Source: Eledone cirrhosa
Lineage: Eukaryota
Length of the DNA stretch: 64,000 nucleotides
Assembly (NCBI GenBank): GCA_964016885.1
Contig: OZ024743.1
Location: forward strand, 1,302,001 to 1,366,000
Direction: 5' to 3'
A program made the translations under genes and the position numbers. This document shows, in pieces, positions 1 to 64,000 of this stretch. The notes below the pieces were generated by a model. It was not told where the DNA came from. It worked only from the letters and a program-made list of their open reading frames with translations, and did no database searches. How positions within the stretch are numbered: position 1 is the first letter of the stretch; every line of letters begins with the position of its first letter.

Positions 1-926
1 AGTGTAATGTTCATCGATACAACCCCTAGAGGTGAATTAGCTTACAAATTTAGAAGGGCCCTAAATAAACATAAACTCAATATTAAGATAGTAGAAAGAC
101 CAGGTACCTCCGTAAAAACACTTCTTAGCAAGACATACCCTTTTCAAAGACCCTCATGTATAGATCAGAAATGTATAACCTGTAAAATAAGCCCCCATAT
201 TAACTGTAAAACTAGAAATGTAGTGTATAGCATAAGATGTACTGAAGGACAATGTAGAGACAAAAATATAGTGTACATAGGTGAGACAGCTCGTAGTGTA
301 GGGGAACGGATAAATGAACACTGGCGAGACCTTCAAGATAGTAAAGAATCATCTGTACTCTACCAACATGCTAAAATAGAAGACAAGGGTAAATTAGAGA
401 ACATAGAAATAAAAATAGAATCTACACACAGAAAAGACGCAATGTTTAGACAAATTACAGAGGCAATAAACATAAAAGAATTACAACCAAAATTAAATAG
501 AAAATATGAGTGGAACAGCAACATCACAACTTACAATTAAGGACAAAATGAAAACACACACACACATAGAACAAACAACCAACCAGTAACATGTAAATAA
601 ACAAATAAATAAATGAACATAAACACACACAGACACCCGGATGTGGCGCATGCGCAGACTGAGCACACAACACACACACAGAAACAAAATGGCGTAGGAC
701 AGAACAAAGGAGAGGCACAGAAACAAAGAAATGAATCCCCAGTCACTGAAGAGGTCACAGAGGGTGTGACGAAAGAACTATGACAATATATAAACAACTA
801 TCTGGTTGTGGAACCAACCAACCAACCAGAAATTTATAAATTTATAAATTTATTATAAATTTATTATTGAAGTGAAAGCAACTGGTGCGTGTGTTTCTTA
901 TTGGCAACATGACCCTCCCAAAGTAT

Positions 927-932
<6 letters not shown>
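1..932 (+). mobile_element. Penelope-like element family A, 3' part: GIY-YIG endonuclease C-terminus plus pseudo-LTR
   Basis: ORF 7..540 has a Cys-rich linker and VVYSIRC..YIGETAR GIY-YIG motif, homologous to ORF 48869..50662; the 3' segment recurs at 13828-14839 and 52000-52330; ends in (TA)n. Confidence 0.9.
741..785 (+). ncRNA. Minimal type I hammerhead ribozyme motif in the PLE-A pLTR (further copies 14573-14617 +, 14046-14090 -, 52082-52126 +, degenerate near 24848)
   Basis: AGTCA CTGAAGA G GTCACA-loop-TGTGAC GAAA GAAC TA TGAC: core boxes plus stems I and II. Confidence 0.75.
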
Positions 933-972
<40 letters not shown>

Positions 973-1185
973 TTTTATTTCTCGCCCTAGCACATATATT
1001 CGACAGTAAAAGGCTAGGTACCGTAGATCTTTTAAGATGAAATCTTTGTTTCCATTTCATGTGCATTTATGACTTCCGATATATTAGCATATGTACTCTA
1101 ATTAGAATGGGGAGGATTCCAAATATAAGGAAATACATATTTCATATTCAACACACGTAAAGGCTTCATAATACATATTTTTCAG

Positions 1186-62460
<61,275 letters not shown>

Positions 62461-62778
62461 GTGAGTATAATAAAACACAAATATCATAGTGTATGATTTT
62501 CACTTAAAATTCAACTGAATTTACTCTCAATAAAAATGTAATCGTCTTCATAAATTATATTGACATCAGATTCTAATTTTAATAATCTCCTTTTGTCAGA
62601 ATATGAAATAAGATCACGTGTTATTTAAGTGGTGATAACTAAGCGAAAACATAGAGTCAAGGACACTCAGACATTCACACAAATGTATAATCACACACAT
62701 ACTCAACACGTTCAATCATGTACTGTAGATCAGCAGCGAAAGACGACGAGATTCCGTAAATCATATCATGGTGTGGTG

Positions 62779-62802
<24 letters not shown>

Positions 62803-62809
<7 letters not shown>

Positions 62810-63645
62810 CGTAAAATAAGAAAATTATAAAATTTAACTTACTTACTAAAATTTCACTCCAACTAATTAGTTTCTGAAAGCGAATAAACGTAGTTTCCGA
62901 AGAAACGTACGGAGAAGCCTTTCGTCATCAGGGAAGTCTATTCTCAGCTAAGTTTCCAGGCAATACGTGGACACAGGAAACTTATACAAAAATAATTCAG
63001 TGGATGGAAAAAAGCAAAGCGTGGTCTAAGTTCCAAGCTATTGAAAAAATCACTGCCTACTGCGTCGGTGGCAAATTCAAAAGAATCAATCACGTGACAT
63101 CGAGGTCAATCAGTGAAGAGTGGTTTGTTAAAAAGACAGCAGCCGGACTGTTACTATGAACTATAGTAGCAGTTTTGGCCAATTTTGGCTCGACAAAATA
63201 ATTTGGAGATAATTATAAAGAATTAGTATATTTACTAACATATATATACAGATGCATACCTATGCCAGCAAATATATAGGTTTTGTCTTAGTAACTTTGT
63301 GGCTCAATGCATGGGGATGCAGAACAATAATATGAGAGACGTAAAATAAGAAAATTATAAAAATTAACTTACTAAAATTTCACTCCAACTAATTAGTTTC
63401 TGCAAGGGAATAAACGTAGTTTCCGAAGAAACGTACGGAGAAGCCTTTCGTCATCAGGGAAGTCTATTCTCAGCTAAGTTTCCAGGCAATACGTGGACAC
63501 AGGGAACTTATACAAAAATAATTCAGTGGATGGAAAAAAGCAAAGCGTGGACTAAGTTCCAAGCCATTGAAAAAATCACTGCCTACTGCGTCGGTGGCAA
63601 ATTCAAAAGAATTAATCACGTGACCTCGATGTCACGTGATTGATT
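62803..63645. repeat. Direct repeat of about 310 bp (62803-63110 and 63331-63630) ending in a short fold-back
   Basis: Near-identical copies; - strand CTGATGA..GAAAC motif; hairpin aatcacgtgac..gtcacgtgatt at 63614-63641. Confidence 0.75.
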
Positions 63646-63834
63646 CAGTTGAAAATTGCAAACTCGACTGTCACCACATATCATGAACCTGAAGATTGCG
63701 AAAGCATGAAAGTACTTGTTCAATTAACACTTAGAATTTAATATTCTATCATACTATTTCATTATAATACCATTATATATTTTAAAGGATTGTAAATAAA
63801 ACGAGTAAATCAGACAAAGTTGGAATTCCTCTTA

Positions 63835-63868
<34 letters not shown>

Positions 63869-64000
63869 AAATTAAGATAAATCAAAATGAATTTAATCTA
63901 AATCAAAATTATGGGTGTCATGCCAGAAAGGCAAGCGCCATATCACCCGTAAAATAAGTTCTAAGATTCTAATGAATAGGTCCGAGCATTTTATAACAAC

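Overview
AT-rich, microsatellite-dense animal genomic DNA; the repeat landscape suggests a mollusc, probably an octopus-type cephalopod (inference, not verified). The only host gene is on the + strand and neither end is in the window. It contributes 32 exons, each exactly 111 nt, phase 1-1 and AG/GT-flanked, each encoding one intact six-cysteine EGF-like domain (about 1184 aa in total). The introns are packed with mobile DNA: several Penelope-like element (PLE) families, an R4/Dong-like RLE retrotransposon, a CR1/L2-group LINE, RTE and CRE-like fragments, a mariner relic, MITEs and two tRNA-derived SINE families. Many PLE-type insertions sit in (TA)n tracts and form head-to-head fold-back palindromes. 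They carry minimal type I hammerhead ribozyme motifs, including a recurrent U3-A8 core variant and a roughly 420 bp non-coding, retrozyme-like unit. Most ORFs in the track are microsatellite artefacts.
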